From Thermoprotei archaeon (GTDB lineage: Archaea > Thermoproteota > Thermoprotei > Gearchaeales > WAQG01), in the NCBI GenBank assembly GCA_049976445.1, contig JBMFIF010000002.1, forward strand, positions 5,115 to 69,114: a stretch of DNA of 64,000 nt. Direction: 5' to 3'. Positions 52,337 to 62,804 of the stretch are shown piece after piece. Each line of letters begins with the position of its first letter. Position 1 is the first letter of the stretch. Under the pieces are notes generated by a model, which saw only the letters and a program-made list of their open reading frames with translations, had not been told where the DNA came from and did not search any database. Both the position numbers and the translations under genes were made by a program.

Positions 52337-52906
52337 TTATCTTGAATCGCTTAATAATTCTTCTATTAAATGTTTTAATACGCTTAATTCTCCTTTTTCA
52401 ACAAGCTTTAAAGCTTCGGATGTACTATTATTTACAATATCGTTCACATTGTAACCAGACGACAAATATCTTCTACCTTGCAATACCGTGGATACATGAT
52501 CGGCCAGTTTTACTAATTGTGCCTCAATACTCTTTCTTTCTAAATATTCTGCAAAAAATTTCTTTATAATATCCATTTCATCCTTAAACATATCAGAGAG
52601 AATCATCATTTCTATGTTTTCCTTCATGCTCATTGGAAAGTACTTACCTAATGATTTAGGAATGTCTCCAGTGATTGCCTCAGCCCAATCATGAATTATA
52701 CTCATAGAAAGCGCCTTTGATAAATCAACTTGAACACCAGAATATATAACTCTTTGAGAAAACATGAGTACAAGACTTGAAACCTCAAAAATGTGTTCTG
52801 CAACAGTTTCACATAATTGCAATGGAACACCACGTTGAATCCATCCAATCCTAGGAATATTCTTCAAAACACCTATGAACTCAACAAAATCATGAAACTT
52901 TGACAT
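52337..52906 (-). CDS. HD-domain phosphohydrolase
   Basis: 189 aa. H...HDWAEAITGD gives the H...HD...D metal-binding pattern. Confidence 0.6.
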   Translation of the reverse strand: MSKFHDFVEFIGVLKNIPRIGWIQRGVPLQLCETVAEHIFEVSSLVLMFSQRVIYSGVQVDLSKALSMSIIHDWAEAITGDIPKSLGKYFPMSMKENIEMMILSDMFKDEMDIIKKFFAEYLERKSIEAQLVKLADHVSTVLQGRRYLSSGYNVNDIVNNSTSEALKLVEKGELSVLKHLIEELLSDSR

Positions 52907-53083
52907 ATGAATACCTATTTAATCTTCGCATAAATATTTTACCATCAAATATGCAAAGCTAATCTCGTTATACGCTATGGGCATGATGGGGTTGTGAAGC
53001 ATGAAGCTCCCCAATTTTAGTTGGGAGTAGTTCACTTTAGAGTTAAGTTTATTTTTAATGGAGGTTTTAGTAAATAGATTAGA

Positions 53084-54721
53084 ATGATTGATGTAAGATA
53101 TTTAATTAATCAAATGAGCCTTGAAGAAAAAATTGGTAACCTGTTTATGTTTGGTTTTGACAGTACTGATGACAGTAGAGCTGTTACAGAAAGATTAAAA
53201 ATTATTATCGACCAGTATCATGTTGGAGGAATAATTTATTTTTCTAGAAATTTAAAGAGTGCTAAACAAGCTGCTGAACTTTCTAAATCAATACAATCGT
53301 TATCAAGGCGTAACAATTATGTGTTGCCCGTTATCATAGCAACGGATCAAGAAGGTGGTAATGTAGTCAGACTAAGAGATGGCACAATATTTCCTGGTAA
53401 TATGAGTCTTGGTGCTATAGGTTCTAAAAAGATTACTTATGAGGTAGGTCGTATTATTGGTAAGGAATTGATCTCAGTAGGAATAAACATGAACTTGGCA
53501 CCAGTTTTAGATGTGAACACAAATCCTGTAAATCCTGTGATAGGTATTAGATCGTTTGGTGGTGATCCTGAGATGGTCGCATCGTTAGGTGGAGCATACA
53601 TTGAAGGTCTTCATTCTGAAGGTGTACTAGCCGTAGCAAAACATTTTCCAGGACATGGTGACTCATCGTTGGATTCTCATTTGGATCTTCCAATAATAAA
53701 TAAAGATCTTGACGAATTAATGAAGATTCATATAAAACCATTCATGGATGCAATTAGTATGTTTAATGTTGATGCAATAATGACTGCACATGTAGTATAT
53801 CCAGCTCTCGACAAAGAAAATCCTGCAACGCTTTCTAGAAAAATATTAAGAGAATTTTTGCGCGAAAAATTAGGATTCAATGGGGTTATAATGACAGATG
53901 ATATGGAGATGAGAGCAATAAGTGATAGATATGCACCTGGTGATGCTTCTATTAAGGCATTAAAGGCTGGTGCAGACCTCATACTTTTCTCTCATACATA
54001 TTCTAAACAAATTGAGGCTTATAATACTGTTCTTAAGGCAGTAGAAAATGAGTATATTACAAATGATGAGTTAGATGAGAAGGTTAGAAGGATTCTTCAG
54101 CTTAAACTTCGCGTTATAGATCATATGAGTAAAATAGATCCATCGATTGTCGGTAAGAAGGAACATCGTGACTTTGAATTAGAAGTCGCTAGAAAGGCTG
54201 TAACATTGTTAAAAAATAATAATAGAGTATTACCAATTAAAGGTGAACGAGAGGTTATAATTGTTGAACCAAAAATAGGTATTTCATCACAAGTTGAAGA
54301 AAAATATCAACCATTATATTTATCTGAAATACTTAAGAATTATCTTAAAATAAAGAGTGTAGTAGTTAATAAGGATTTAAACGATGATTATTACAGTAAG
54401 TTTTCCAAACTCTTAGAAAGTAATAGTGCTGCTGTATTTTTAATCGTAATTTCGTCTAAAGATGGTGTTGAATTCTTTAATAAAATAGTGCAGAATAATA
54501 ACTATAATAATGATACTGTAGTGGTTCTTTTTAAGAATCCTTTTCTCATAAATTATTTAAATACTAATCGCAGTGATTCAATAATAATAGGATACGCTTA
54601 TACACAGTGTATGATTATTGCAATTAGTGAGCTTATCATAGGAAAAATTAAGCCTAATGGTAAATTGCCAGTTAACTTAAATGAAGAGTATAAAATTGGT
54701 TATGGTATGAGAGATTTTTAG
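53084..54721 (+). CDS. nagZ: GH3 beta-N-acetylglucosaminidase, NagZ-type (two-domain)
   Basis: 545 aa. KHFPGHGDSSLDSH exactly fits the NagZ-specific KH(F/I)PG(H/L)G-x4-D(S/T)H signature with the Asp-His dyad. Confidence 0.75.
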   Translation: MIDVRYLINQMSLEEKIGNLFMFGFDSTDDSRAVTERLKIIIDQYHVGGIIYFSRNLKSAKQAAELSKSIQSLSRRNNYVLPVIIATDQEGGNVVRLRDGTIFPGNMSLGAIGSKKITYEVGRIIGKELISVGINMNLAPVLDVNTNPVNPVIGIRSFGGDPEMVASLGGAYIEGLHSEGVLAVAKHFPGHGDSSLDSHLDLPIINKDLDELMKIHIKPFMDAISMFNVDAIMTAHVVYPALDKENPATLSRKILREFLREKLGFNGVIMTDDMEMRAISDRYAPGDASIKALKAGADLILFSHTYSKQIEAYNTVLKAVENEYITNDELDEKVRRILQLKLRVIDHMSKIDPSIVGKKEHRDFELEVARKAVTLLKNNNRVLPIKGEREVIIVEPKIGISSQVEEKYQPLYLSEILKNYLKIKSVVVNKDLNDDYYSKFSKLLESNSAAVFLIVISSKDGVEFFNKIVQNNNYNNDTVVVLFKNPFLINYLNTNRSDSIIIGYAYTQCMIIAISELIIGKIKPNGKLPVNLNEEYKIGYGMRDF

Positions 54722-54729
54722 GTGATCTA

Positions 54730-55842
54730 ATGGAGTTGTATTATGGAACACCTGAAGAAGCCGGATTAAATAAGGTACGATTAGATAAGATTCATGAGTT
54801 TATGAAAAAATACGTTAATGATGCCTTTCCAGGTGCTGTAATACTTATTGCGCGTAAAAGTGTAATTGCATTTCATGAAGCATATGGCAGCTCACAGATT
54901 ATACCAGTAAAAAGAGAAATGACAAGGGAGACAATATTTGATCTAGCATCTCTTACTAAACCTCTAGCAACATCAATAATAACTATGAGACTAGTTGAAG
55001 ATGGTCTTATAAATCTAAGACAAAAAATTTCAACAATATTTGATGAAATAGGGAAAGATGAAATAAAGCGCGAAATTACATTATGGCATTTGCTCACTCA
55101 CACATCTGGGTTACCTGCATGGGAACCTTTTTACAAAGGCTTTAAAGACAAAAAAGAAATAATTAAAGCTGCACTTAGCGCATTTCCTTCAAGCAAACCC
55201 GGTGAGAAATATACATATAGTGATCTAGGCTATATTATTTTAACTGGTATTGCAGAAGAAGTTTCTGGTAAAACATTTGACAAATTATTCGAAGAATATG
55301 TAGCATCACCATTAAGCCTTAAAGATACAATGTTTAATCCACCGGATTATTTAAAATCCCGCATAGCAGCTACAGAATTATGCGAATGGAGAGGAGAAGT
55401 TTTAGTTGGTTCTGTTCATGATGAGAATGCATATGCAATGGGTGGTGTAAGCGGTCATGCTGGACTTTTCTCAACAGCATTGGATATCGCTAAGATAGCA
55501 CAAATGATGCTTAACGGTGGAATCTATGGATCAAAAGAAATCTTATCTAGATCTTCCGTTCAGATTATGATAAAAAATCATGTTAAAAATTTAGGTGCTG
55601 GTTATGGTTTAGGGTGGATGATAAATAATGCCCCCAATGGAACATCAGCTGGAGATCTGTTTTCTAAAGAATCTTTTGGACATACTGGCTTTACAGGAAC
55701 ATCTCTTTGGGTTGATCCGGAAAAGGAGTTAATAGCAGTTTTACTTACTAATAGAATACATCCCTCAAGACAAAATACAAAACTTATAGAACTAAGACCA
55801 AAAATACATAACCTGATAGCATCAACTTTAACAAGATATTAA
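54730..55842 (+). CDS. beta-lactamase-fold serine hydrolase (class C beta-lactamase / DD-peptidase / esterase family)
   Basis: 370 aa with SLTK (SxxK), YSD (YxN-position) and HTG (KTG-position) motifs. No signal peptide is obvious, so it is probably cytoplasmic. Confidence 0.7.
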   Translation: MELYYGTPEEAGLNKVRLDKIHEFMKKYVNDAFPGAVILIARKSVIAFHEAYGSSQIIPVKREMTRETIFDLASLTKPLATSIITMRLVEDGLINLRQKISTIFDEIGKDEIKREITLWHLLTHTSGLPAWEPFYKGFKDKKEIIKAALSAFPSSKPGEKYTYSDLGYIILTGIAEEVSGKTFDKLFEEYVASPLSLKDTMFNPPDYLKSRIAATELCEWRGEVLVGSVHDENAYAMGGVSGHAGLFSTALDIAKIAQMMLNGGIYGSKEILSRSSVQIMIKNHVKNLGAGYGLGWMINNAPNGTSAGDLFSKESFGHTGFTGTSLWVDPEKELIAVLLTNRIHPSRQNTKLIELRPKIHNLIASTLTRY

Positions 55843-55868
55843 TTTCTGAAATTCACATACTTTCTGTT

Positions 55869-55955
55869 GGTAGTTGAATCATTTTAGGATAAATTTTATA
55901 CTGTTTTAAGAAATGATGGGTATGAATTGGTTCATACTAATCTGGTTCCACTACC
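55869..55955 (+). repeat. copy 1 of an ~85-nt intergenic repeat
   Basis: About 85% identical to 60520-60605. It has an internal hairpin (gtatgaa-ttgg-ttcatac) and a ggtagt...actacc closing stem. Confidence 0.55.
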
Positions 55956-56204
55956 GTTCTAGAGGGAAAAGAAATCAAATGCATAAGAGGACCCTACAAT
56001 CATATCAGGAGGAAGCTCCAGAAGAAGGGACTCCTAAAAAAGGATAGAGGAGGCATGAGCCCTCTTGAACTGGCAAATGAGGTTGGAGGATAAAGCCCCC
56101 AGCTGAACATCAGAAGCTCAGCCTTTTAGGAGTAGCTCATATAATCGACATTATTGTGTATAATGAATCTCAGTACTTAAGCTCACCAATTTTTCTATAA
56201 TTAT

Positions 56205-56576
56205 TTAATGTTGTTCATTATTGAGAAGGAATTCAATGTATTCTTTTATTACTGTAGCATTATTTCTTTCTTTGTCTTTGGTTGCATAAAGTAATGTTAT
56301 GCTATTTTTTTGTTTTATTATCTCGATTAATTTTTGTAATGAAGGATTATTTTCTAATTCTTTAATATACCTTTTTTTAAATTCATTCCATTTAGCGGGA
56401 TCATGAGAAAACCATTTCCTTAAATCATTTGAAGGTGCAATATCTCTAAGCCATAAATCTATTTTTGATTTCTTTTTGCTTAATCCTCTAGGCCATAGTC
56501 TATCTACTAAAATTCTGTAACCATCATCTTCAGATGGTTCTTCGTAAATTCTTTTTATTTTAATCATTTTTCTCAT
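56205..56576 (-). CDS. DUF488 family protein
   Basis: 123 aa. IKRIYEEPSEDDGYRILVDRLWPRGL is the characteristic DUF488 N-terminus. Confidence 0.5.
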   Translation of the reverse strand: MRKMIKIKRIYEEPSEDDGYRILVDRLWPRGLSKKKSKIDLWLRDIAPSNDLRKWFSHDPAKWNEFKKRYIKELENNPSLQKLIEIIKQKNSITLLYATKDKERNNATVIKEYIEFLLNNEQH

Positions 56577-56711
56577 TAAAAAAGTGAATTCTCATCTAAA
56601 TATTTTTGACGGGCATTAAATAAAAATCATCATTAACCATTATTTGAGTGTTAAATCAGATAATATTAAAATTGATTAGTTAGATAAGTGAGTTTTGAGA
56701 TTTTTATTAGA

Positions 56712-57284
56712 TTATTGTACTTTAAATAAAACATCTATGATCTTTTGTATATATTCATAAGGTTGCTCTACGCGTTCAGCAAAATCCATAGAAATAACAT
56801 AATAAAATAAATTTCCAAGGAATATTTTTAAATAAAACTCATCGATCATTTTTCCAGTTAGGTTCTGTATTTTTTCTTTTAATTTGGTATAGTTTGAGTG
56901 ATGAATTTTTTTGAAGGTTTCTTTAATTTCACTGTATCTATTTGCTATTCCTATGGAATAAAGGAAAAGTTTTCTTTCAATGGGGTCATTGTATTTTAGA
57001 ATATATTTTAATGCTAGATCATTAAGCATTTCTTTAACATCATTATAATGTTTTTCTATTACATTGTTTAATACTTCAACTGGTGAAACACTGATAGCAA
57101 TCTCTTTGATTAATTGCTCTTTGCTTGTAAAATATGTATAAAATGTGCCTTTGGAGAGTTTAACTTTTTCCATTATTTCATCTACTGTAGTCAAGTCAAA
57201 ACCTTTTTCAGCGAATATTTGACGTGCAGCCATGATGATTAATTTCTTTTTTTCGTTATTGCTATTCCTCATAATCCTACACAT
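56712..57284 (-). CDS. TetR/AcrR family transcriptional regulator
   Basis: 190 aa. The N-terminal HTH region is ARQIFAEKGFDLTTVDEIMEKVKLSKGTFYTYF. It is divergent from the radical SAM genes. Confidence 0.75.
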   Translation of the reverse strand: MCRIMRNSNNEKKKLIIMAARQIFAEKGFDLTTVDEIMEKVKLSKGTFYTYFTSKEQLIKEIAISVSPVEVLNNVIEKHYNDVKEMLNDLALKYILKYNDPIERKLFLYSIGIANRYSEIKETFKKIHHSNYTKLKEKIQNLTGKMIDEFYLKIFLGNLFYYVISMDFAERVEQPYEYIQKIIDVLFKVQ

Positions 57285-57372
57285 AATTTAGTTCTGCATA
57301 GTTATATACTTTTTGGCTAACTAGTCAGTCAAAAATATAAGTATCTTTAAAGAAATATATAAGTGAGAAATT

Positions 57373-58896
57373 ATGGGTAATACTAATGGTTCGAATTCAA
57401 TGGTTAATGCTATAGAATCATTTAAGGGTATTGTAGATAATCCATTGAGTAAGTATTTATTAAGATATTTAACTGGTTATTGTGAGAAGGATCATGAGAA
57501 TCGGTTAGAGGTTGCTCTTGAACTTTACTTAGGAATTAGGAAAGATGCTTGTTTTTCTTGTCGATCAGCTTCTAAGGTTGTTAGTTACATTGTTAAAAAA
57601 GGTGCAAAGAGTTTTGGAGTTAGTGAGGATCAATTAAAAAGTACTATGAAAGATTCGTATTGGAGAAGAGGTCTTATTAGTGTACTTAAAGGTATAGCAT
57701 TTTTTGGTGTTCGCAAGCCGTTTGTACCAGGGGCTCCGTTTCAAGTCGTATGGAATATAACCAAAGCGTGTAATATGAACTGTTTGCATTGTTATGAAAG
57801 CGCTGGCATAAAGGGTAATGATGAACTCACTTCTGAACAAATTCATCAGGGAATAGATATACTTGCTGATGCTGGCGTAACTATCTTAGCGTTTTCTGGA
57901 GGTGAGCCAACAATACATCCTAATATAGTAGAATTCATTAGTCATGCTCACAATAGGGGAATGTACGTAGCTATTGCTACTAATGGTTATGTTTTAGCCA
58001 ATAAGTATGTTATAAGAAAATTAAAGAGTGCAGGTTTAGGATATGTACAGATTAGTCTAGATGGTCTGAATCCAAACACTCATGACTCATTTAGAAGGGT
58101 GAAGGGTGCTTGGGAACATGCTGTTCGTGCAATAAAAAATAGTATTGAGGAAGGATTATTTGTTGAAGTAGCTACTACTGTTACAAAATACAATATTAAT
58201 GAAATACCTGAAATGATTAAGTTTGTCAGAAATCTTAAAGCTAATTGGTTTATGTTATATAATTTTGTCCCTACAGGGCGTGGGAAAGAGATTATAGAAA
58301 GTGATCTTTCACCGAGAGAACGTTTTGATCTTTTAAAATTAGCCTATTCAGAAACAGGTGATGGTGGTTTGCAAGTGCTTTCCACAGCTCCTCAGTATGC
58401 TGCTGTTGCGCAAATGTTTAATAAGAATGGTAAGAATATAATACCAACTCATTTCTATAATCCTGAATATAATGATCCAAAAATACGTCAGTTAGCAGAA
58501 TTTATTGGTGGTTGTGGTGCTGGGAGGTTTTATATATCGATCGAGCCAAATGGAGACATATATCCATGCGTATTCTTTCCACATGTAGATGAAGTAAAAA
58601 TCGGTAATTTGTTAAAAGATGATTTCGAAAAACTTTGGAGGGAACATGAGTTATTATGGAAATTACGAAATAAGGATATTTTAGAAGGATTCTGTGGTAA
58701 ATGTGCGTTTAGATATACATGTGGGGGGTGTCGAGCTCGTGCATATAATTATTTTGGCAACGTATTAGCACCTGACCCAGGATGCATTTTTAATTCTAAA
58801 GAATGGAATAAATTAAGGTCTGAATTGCTTATTAAATATCATGCAGAGGAAACACCAGCAGGTAATATTCTCATAAGAATAAATGATACACCATGA
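57373..58896 (+). CDS. radical SAM enzyme with C-terminal SPASM domain and ~120-aa N-terminal extension
   Basis: 507 aa with CNMNCLHCY (CxxxCxxC), a SPASM-type [21 protein letters not shown] region and a Cys-rich tail. N-terminal CFSC. Confidence 0.75.
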   Translation: MGNTNGSNSMVNAIESFKGIVDNPLSKYLLRYLTGYCEKDHENRLEVALELYLGIRKDACFSCRSASKVVSYIVKKGAKSFGVSEDQLKSTMKDSYWRRGLISVLKGIAFFGVRKPFVPGAPFQVVWNITKACNMNCLHCYESAGIKGNDELTSEQIHQGIDILADAGVTILAFSGGEPTIHPNIVEFISHAHNRGMYVAIATNGYVLANKYVIRKLKSAGLGYVQISLDGLNPNTHDSFRRVKGAWEHAVRAIKNSIEEGLFVEVATTVTKYNINEIPEMIKFVRNLKANWFMLYNFVPTGRGKEIIESDLSPRERFDLLKLAYSETGDGGLQVLSTAPQYAAVAQMFNKNGKNIIPTHFYNPEYNDPKIRQLAEFIGGCGAGRFYISIEPNGDIYPCVFFPHVDEVKIGNLLKDDFEKLWREHELLWKLRNKDILEGFCGKCAFRYTCGGCRARAYNYFGNVLAPDPGCIFNSKEWNKLRSELLIKYHAEETPAGNILIRINDTP

Positions 58897-60341
58897 CGCG
58901 CATTATTCTCATAAATCCTATAGATAGAACTCAGATCACTAATAGGCTTGGACTAAAAGCACCACCACTAAATTTAATGTACCTTGCGTCTGCGCTTGAA
59001 AAAGCTGGATTCTATGTTAAAATTATAGATGCTAATCTTTATAATATACTACCGCATCAAATAGCAAGAGTAATAAAAGGGTTTAGACCTGATATTATTG
59101 GTTTAACAGCTGCAACCGCTACCATAAAAACTGCTTTACATTATGTATCAGAAATCAAAAAGGCTATATCAAACGTATTTACCATAATAGGTGGACCTCA
59201 TGTTACTTTTCTTCCAACAGAAACATTGAATATGTCAAAAGATTTAGATGCGGTAGTTATAGGTGAAGGTGAAGAAACCATCGTCAAGATAGCAGAATCT
59301 TATGAAAAAAGTAATCCGGAATGGCTTTCTAACATAAGAGGAGTGGCTTATAGGATAAAAAATCATGATTCAAGTAAAATAAAAATCACACCCCCAAGGC
59401 CTTTTATTAAAAACTTAGATTTAATACCATTCCCGGCTCGTCATTTAGTACCGTTTAACGAATATAAGCTGTACAACAAGGATACACCCATAGGTAGTAT
59501 GATTACAAGTAGGGGTTGCGTTTTTGCATGTAATTATTGTTCATCCTCGCACCTGATGGGAAGAATGTTTCGAGCACGCAGTTCAAAAAATGTAGTTGAT
59601 GAAATCGAAGAATTAGTATACAAATACAATGTTGATACAATCGAATTTATTGATGATATTTTCACTCTAAACAAAAAACGTGCATTAGAGATTGCTAAGG
59701 AAATACGCTCTAGAAAAATTGATATAAACTTTGTTGCATCATCTAGAGTTGATACTATAAACCGTGAATTATTAACAGAATTAAAAAAAGCTGGGCTTTC
59801 AACAATGTATTATGGTGTAGAATCAGGTTCAGAACGCGTTTTAAAATTAATGAATAAAAGAATCACGTTATCACAAGCGGAAAAAGCCATAAATGAAACT
59901 AAAAACATTGGTGTTAGTACACTAGCATCATTCATACTAGGTTATCCAGGTGAAACTCTTAATGAGATGTGGGCCACTATAAAATTCTCTATAAAACTTA
60001 ACCCAGATTATGCACAATTCTCCATACTCACACCATATCCTGGGACACCAATATACTATGAACTTAAACAAAAAGGATTAATCGCTACAGAAGATTGGGA
60101 TAAATACACAGTATTAGACCCAGTTATAGAATATGAAAAATTAGGATTAAGCAAACACATAGTCTCAAAAATGCTCAGAGAAGCATATTTAAGATTTTAT
60201 CTAAGACCAAGATACTTATTAAAACGAATAACAATGTTAAAGGCTCTAATATATACAATGATCAATACTTATATCTTACCTATTTTTCAACACAAAGACT
60301 CATTAGGTTGGTATAAGGACCTAAGCACTCATCACGATTGA
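58893..60341 (+). CDS. B12-binding (class B) radical SAM enzyme
   Basis: 482 aa. An N-terminal cobalamin-binding Rossmann-like domain is followed by the [10 protein letters not shown] radical SAM motif. A 4-nt overlap with the upstream radical SAM gene. Confidence 0.8.
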   Translation: MTRIILINPIDRTQITNRLGLKAPPLNLMYLASALEKAGFYVKIIDANLYNILPHQIARVIKGFRPDIIGLTAATATIKTALHYVSEIKKAISNVFTIIGGPHVTFLPTETLNMSKDLDAVVIGEGEETIVKIAESYEKSNPEWLSNIRGVAYRIKNHDSSKIKITPPRPFIKNLDLIPFPARHLVPFNEYKLYNKDTPIGSMITSRGCVFACNYCSSSHLMGRMFRARSSKNVVDEIEELVYKYNVDTIEFIDDIFTLNKKRALEIAKEIRSRKIDINFVASSRVDTINRELLTELKKAGLSTMYYGVESGSERVLKLMNKRITLSQAEKAINETKNIGVSTLASFILGYPGETLNEMWATIKFSIKLNPDYAQFSILTPYPGTPIYYELKQKGLIATEDWDKYTVLDPVIEYEKLGLSKHIVSKMLREAYLRFYLRPRYLLKRITMLKALIYTMINTYILPIFQHKDSLGWYKDLSTHHD

Positions 60342-60519
60342 AGACAGAAGATTTTCACTCCTAAAATGCTCACCAATCTGTTGTCACTCCTTTAAACCTT
60401 CATTATAGAAAACTGTTCAAAAATATTACTGATAGAAATTTAATGCTTTTTTACATAATTTTTGTCCCTTAATCTTCATAAAGTGATGATGAATCTTTCA
60501 TCGTTGAGCTTATTTATTG

Positions 60520-60605
60520 GGTAGTCGAATCATTTTAGGATAAATTTTATACTATCTTAAGAAAAGATGAGTATGGATTGGTTCATACTAACCTGACTCC
60601 ACCAC
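60520..60605 (+). repeat. copy 2 of the ~85-nt intergenic repeat
   Basis: Same orientation as copy 1. It starts about 180 nt after the B12-rSAM stop. Confidence 0.55.
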
Positions 60606-60738
60606 ATATTTATCAAGTAGCATTTTTCAAACTACAACACACACAATTATGTAGCAAAGCAAAACTTAATTAATCTTTATAAATTGTTTACGATATCTAT
60701 TTATTCATAAAATGATAAATTCTCTTGAGGTGTTTTAA

Positions 60739-62775
60739 TTGAAAATATTACCGTGGATCATTATAGTGATGATCTTAAACTTAATGTTCGTAATGCAAGC
60801 ACCTATTCACGCACAAACGTTACCTCCAAACAGAGCAATAATATTCCCAACACCATTATCACCTGCGGTTGTTTTAGTTGGATCAACATTTAATGTTACA
60901 ATAAATGCGCCTCAAAGTGCATTAAATTGGACAGCCCAAGGATATGGTATTAAACTAGTAAATAATACATTAATATCTTTAAACACGACATTTTACATTA
61001 CCAACACTTATTATAATTCATCAAATAGCCTGTGGATCTTAAGTTTAAACGTACCTGATACTACGATACCCGGACTTTATACGCTTCAGGTTATCTTTCG
61101 TCTCGGTAATTCGATTTTAAAATATGTTCAGGAAAAAAGTGTATGGATTCTTGATAAATGGCCTGATAGGTTACGTATTGCTCAATTTACCGATGTTCAT
61201 ATAGGTGTTCCTGAGGCGATAAGTCTCTTTACTACTGGGATTATTAGTGCTCAACTATTTAATTCAACTGTAGTATTCATAACTGGAGATGATGGTGATA
61301 CTGCGGCTGAATGGCAAGAACTAACTTTTAGGCAGCTTTCATTACTTGCACCCACACTACCAACTTTTGCCATACCTGGAAATCACGATGCTAGAACAAC
61401 AGCCTATGATGATTATGTAGGGCCTCGTCAATACTTCACAAACTTAGGAAAATTCCTTGTAATAGGAATAGATACAGGTGAAAATGGAGCTATATCTTAT
61501 AACACACTACGATGGATGCAACAAGTACTAATGTTATATGGCGATAATAAAGTCAAAATACTCCTTATGCATCATCCCTTATTCAGTACCAAAGTACAAG
61601 GTTATCTCAGCACATCATTATCAAACGTTTCAACATCAATGCTATATTATAGCTGGGCTGCTAACCCTGACATCGCCAAGGCTCTTCTCAAGACTATAGA
61701 AGACTTTAACATCACATTAATCTTAGCTGGCCATGTGCACACAGACAGAATTGTTGTAGTAAATTCAACAGTAACAAAATCACTACACTGGTTTATAACC
61801 ACTACAACAACAGGAGAAGGAAGGCCTGAATATAATGGTTTTAGAATAATTGACATAGATAAAGAAGGCCATGTTAACATACCTTTCATGCCTCCATGGG
61901 GAAAAATCGAACAATATCCGAATAGTATTCCTATAGATAAAACATGGTCACAAGGATACTTAGATGCAAGACTCATATATAATAATAAAAAAATAGTAGT
62001 AACAGTTAACATTACTAATGCTCTAACTTACGTTAATTTAAATTCTGTAATAATACTTAACTCAAACAGTAGTGTTACGTTATCAAACTATAAAACATAT
62101 ACTAACTCTTATGGATCAAGCGCTTCAGCAACATTATTAAGCAGTACAAGTATTGCAGGATTAAACTATTATGCAGTAAAAATAAACGTTCCATCAAGAA
62201 GTGGTATAAGAATAACATTAGCACCATATGATGATACTGATGTACCAACAGGAAAAATAGTATACACATTACCACTTCAACCAGAACCTAATGCCCCAAT
62301 ATCGGTATACATACAAGCATCCGATACAGGCTGGGGTATCTTGAGAGTATATGCAGAATATTTATATCAAAATAAAGAAACTGTTATCGAATCAACATAT
62401 GAACAACCATACTATAAGATAACATTACCAGGATTTCCACCTGGAACAGTTATTAATATTACAATAAAAATTACTGATGTTGCAGGTCATGCTACAACAT
62501 TGACCCTGCCCATAAACTTCGGCATCATATCTACTACATCTACTACGACGTTAACCCTAACTACTACGACCACAACATCAACTACATCAAAAACCACTAC
62601 AACAATCACAACGACCACTACAACTATAACCACCACGAGTACACCATTATTAACAACCACTACAGAGACCTTAATAACGACCAGCCCAGTTAGTATTATT
62701 AATCCATTAACCGTTATAATAATAGCCATAGTAATAGGAGTGATACTATTTGTTATAATTGTCAGACGTAAATAA
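60739..62775 (+). CDS. surface-anchored calcineurin-like metallophosphoesterase with Thr-rich stalk
   Basis: 678 aa. It has a TTG/ATG-proximal signal peptide, GNHD and GHVHTD phosphoesterase motifs, a ~60-aa Thr/Ser-rich linker and a C-terminal TM helix followed by RRK. Confidence 0.65.
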   Translation: MKILPWIIIVMILNLMFVMQAPIHAQTLPPNRAIIFPTPLSPAVVLVGSTFNVTINAPQSALNWTAQGYGIKLVNNTLISLNTTFYITNTYYNSSNSLWILSLNVPDTTIPGLYTLQVIFRLGNSILKYVQEKSVWILDKWPDRLRIAQFTDVHIGVPEAISLFTTGIISAQLFNSTVVFITGDDGDTAAEWQELTFRQLSLLAPTLPTFAIPGNHDARTTAYDDYVGPRQYFTNLGKFLVIGIDTGENGAISYNTLRWMQQVLMLYGDNKVKILLMHHPLFSTKVQGYLSTSLSNVSTSMLYYSWAANPDIAKALLKTIEDFNITLILAGHVHTDRIVVVNSTVTKSLHWFITTTTTGEGRPEYNGFRIIDIDKEGHVNIPFMPPWGKIEQYPNSIPIDKTWSQGYLDARLIYNNKKIVVTVNITNALTYVNLNSVIILNSNSSVTLSNYKTYTNSYGSSASATLLSSTSIAGLNYYAVKINVPSRSGIRITLAPYDDTDVPTGKIVYTLPLQPEPNAPISVYIQASDTGWGILRVYAEYLYQNKETVIESTYEQPYYKITLPGFPPGTVINITIKITDVAGHATTLTLPINFGIISTTSTTTLTLTTTTTTSTTSKTTTTITTTTTTITTTSTPLLTTTTETLITTSPVSIINPLTVIIIAIVIGVILFVIIVRRK

Positions 62776-62804
62776 TTATTCTAATTTTTATTTGAAGCGT
62801 TTAC

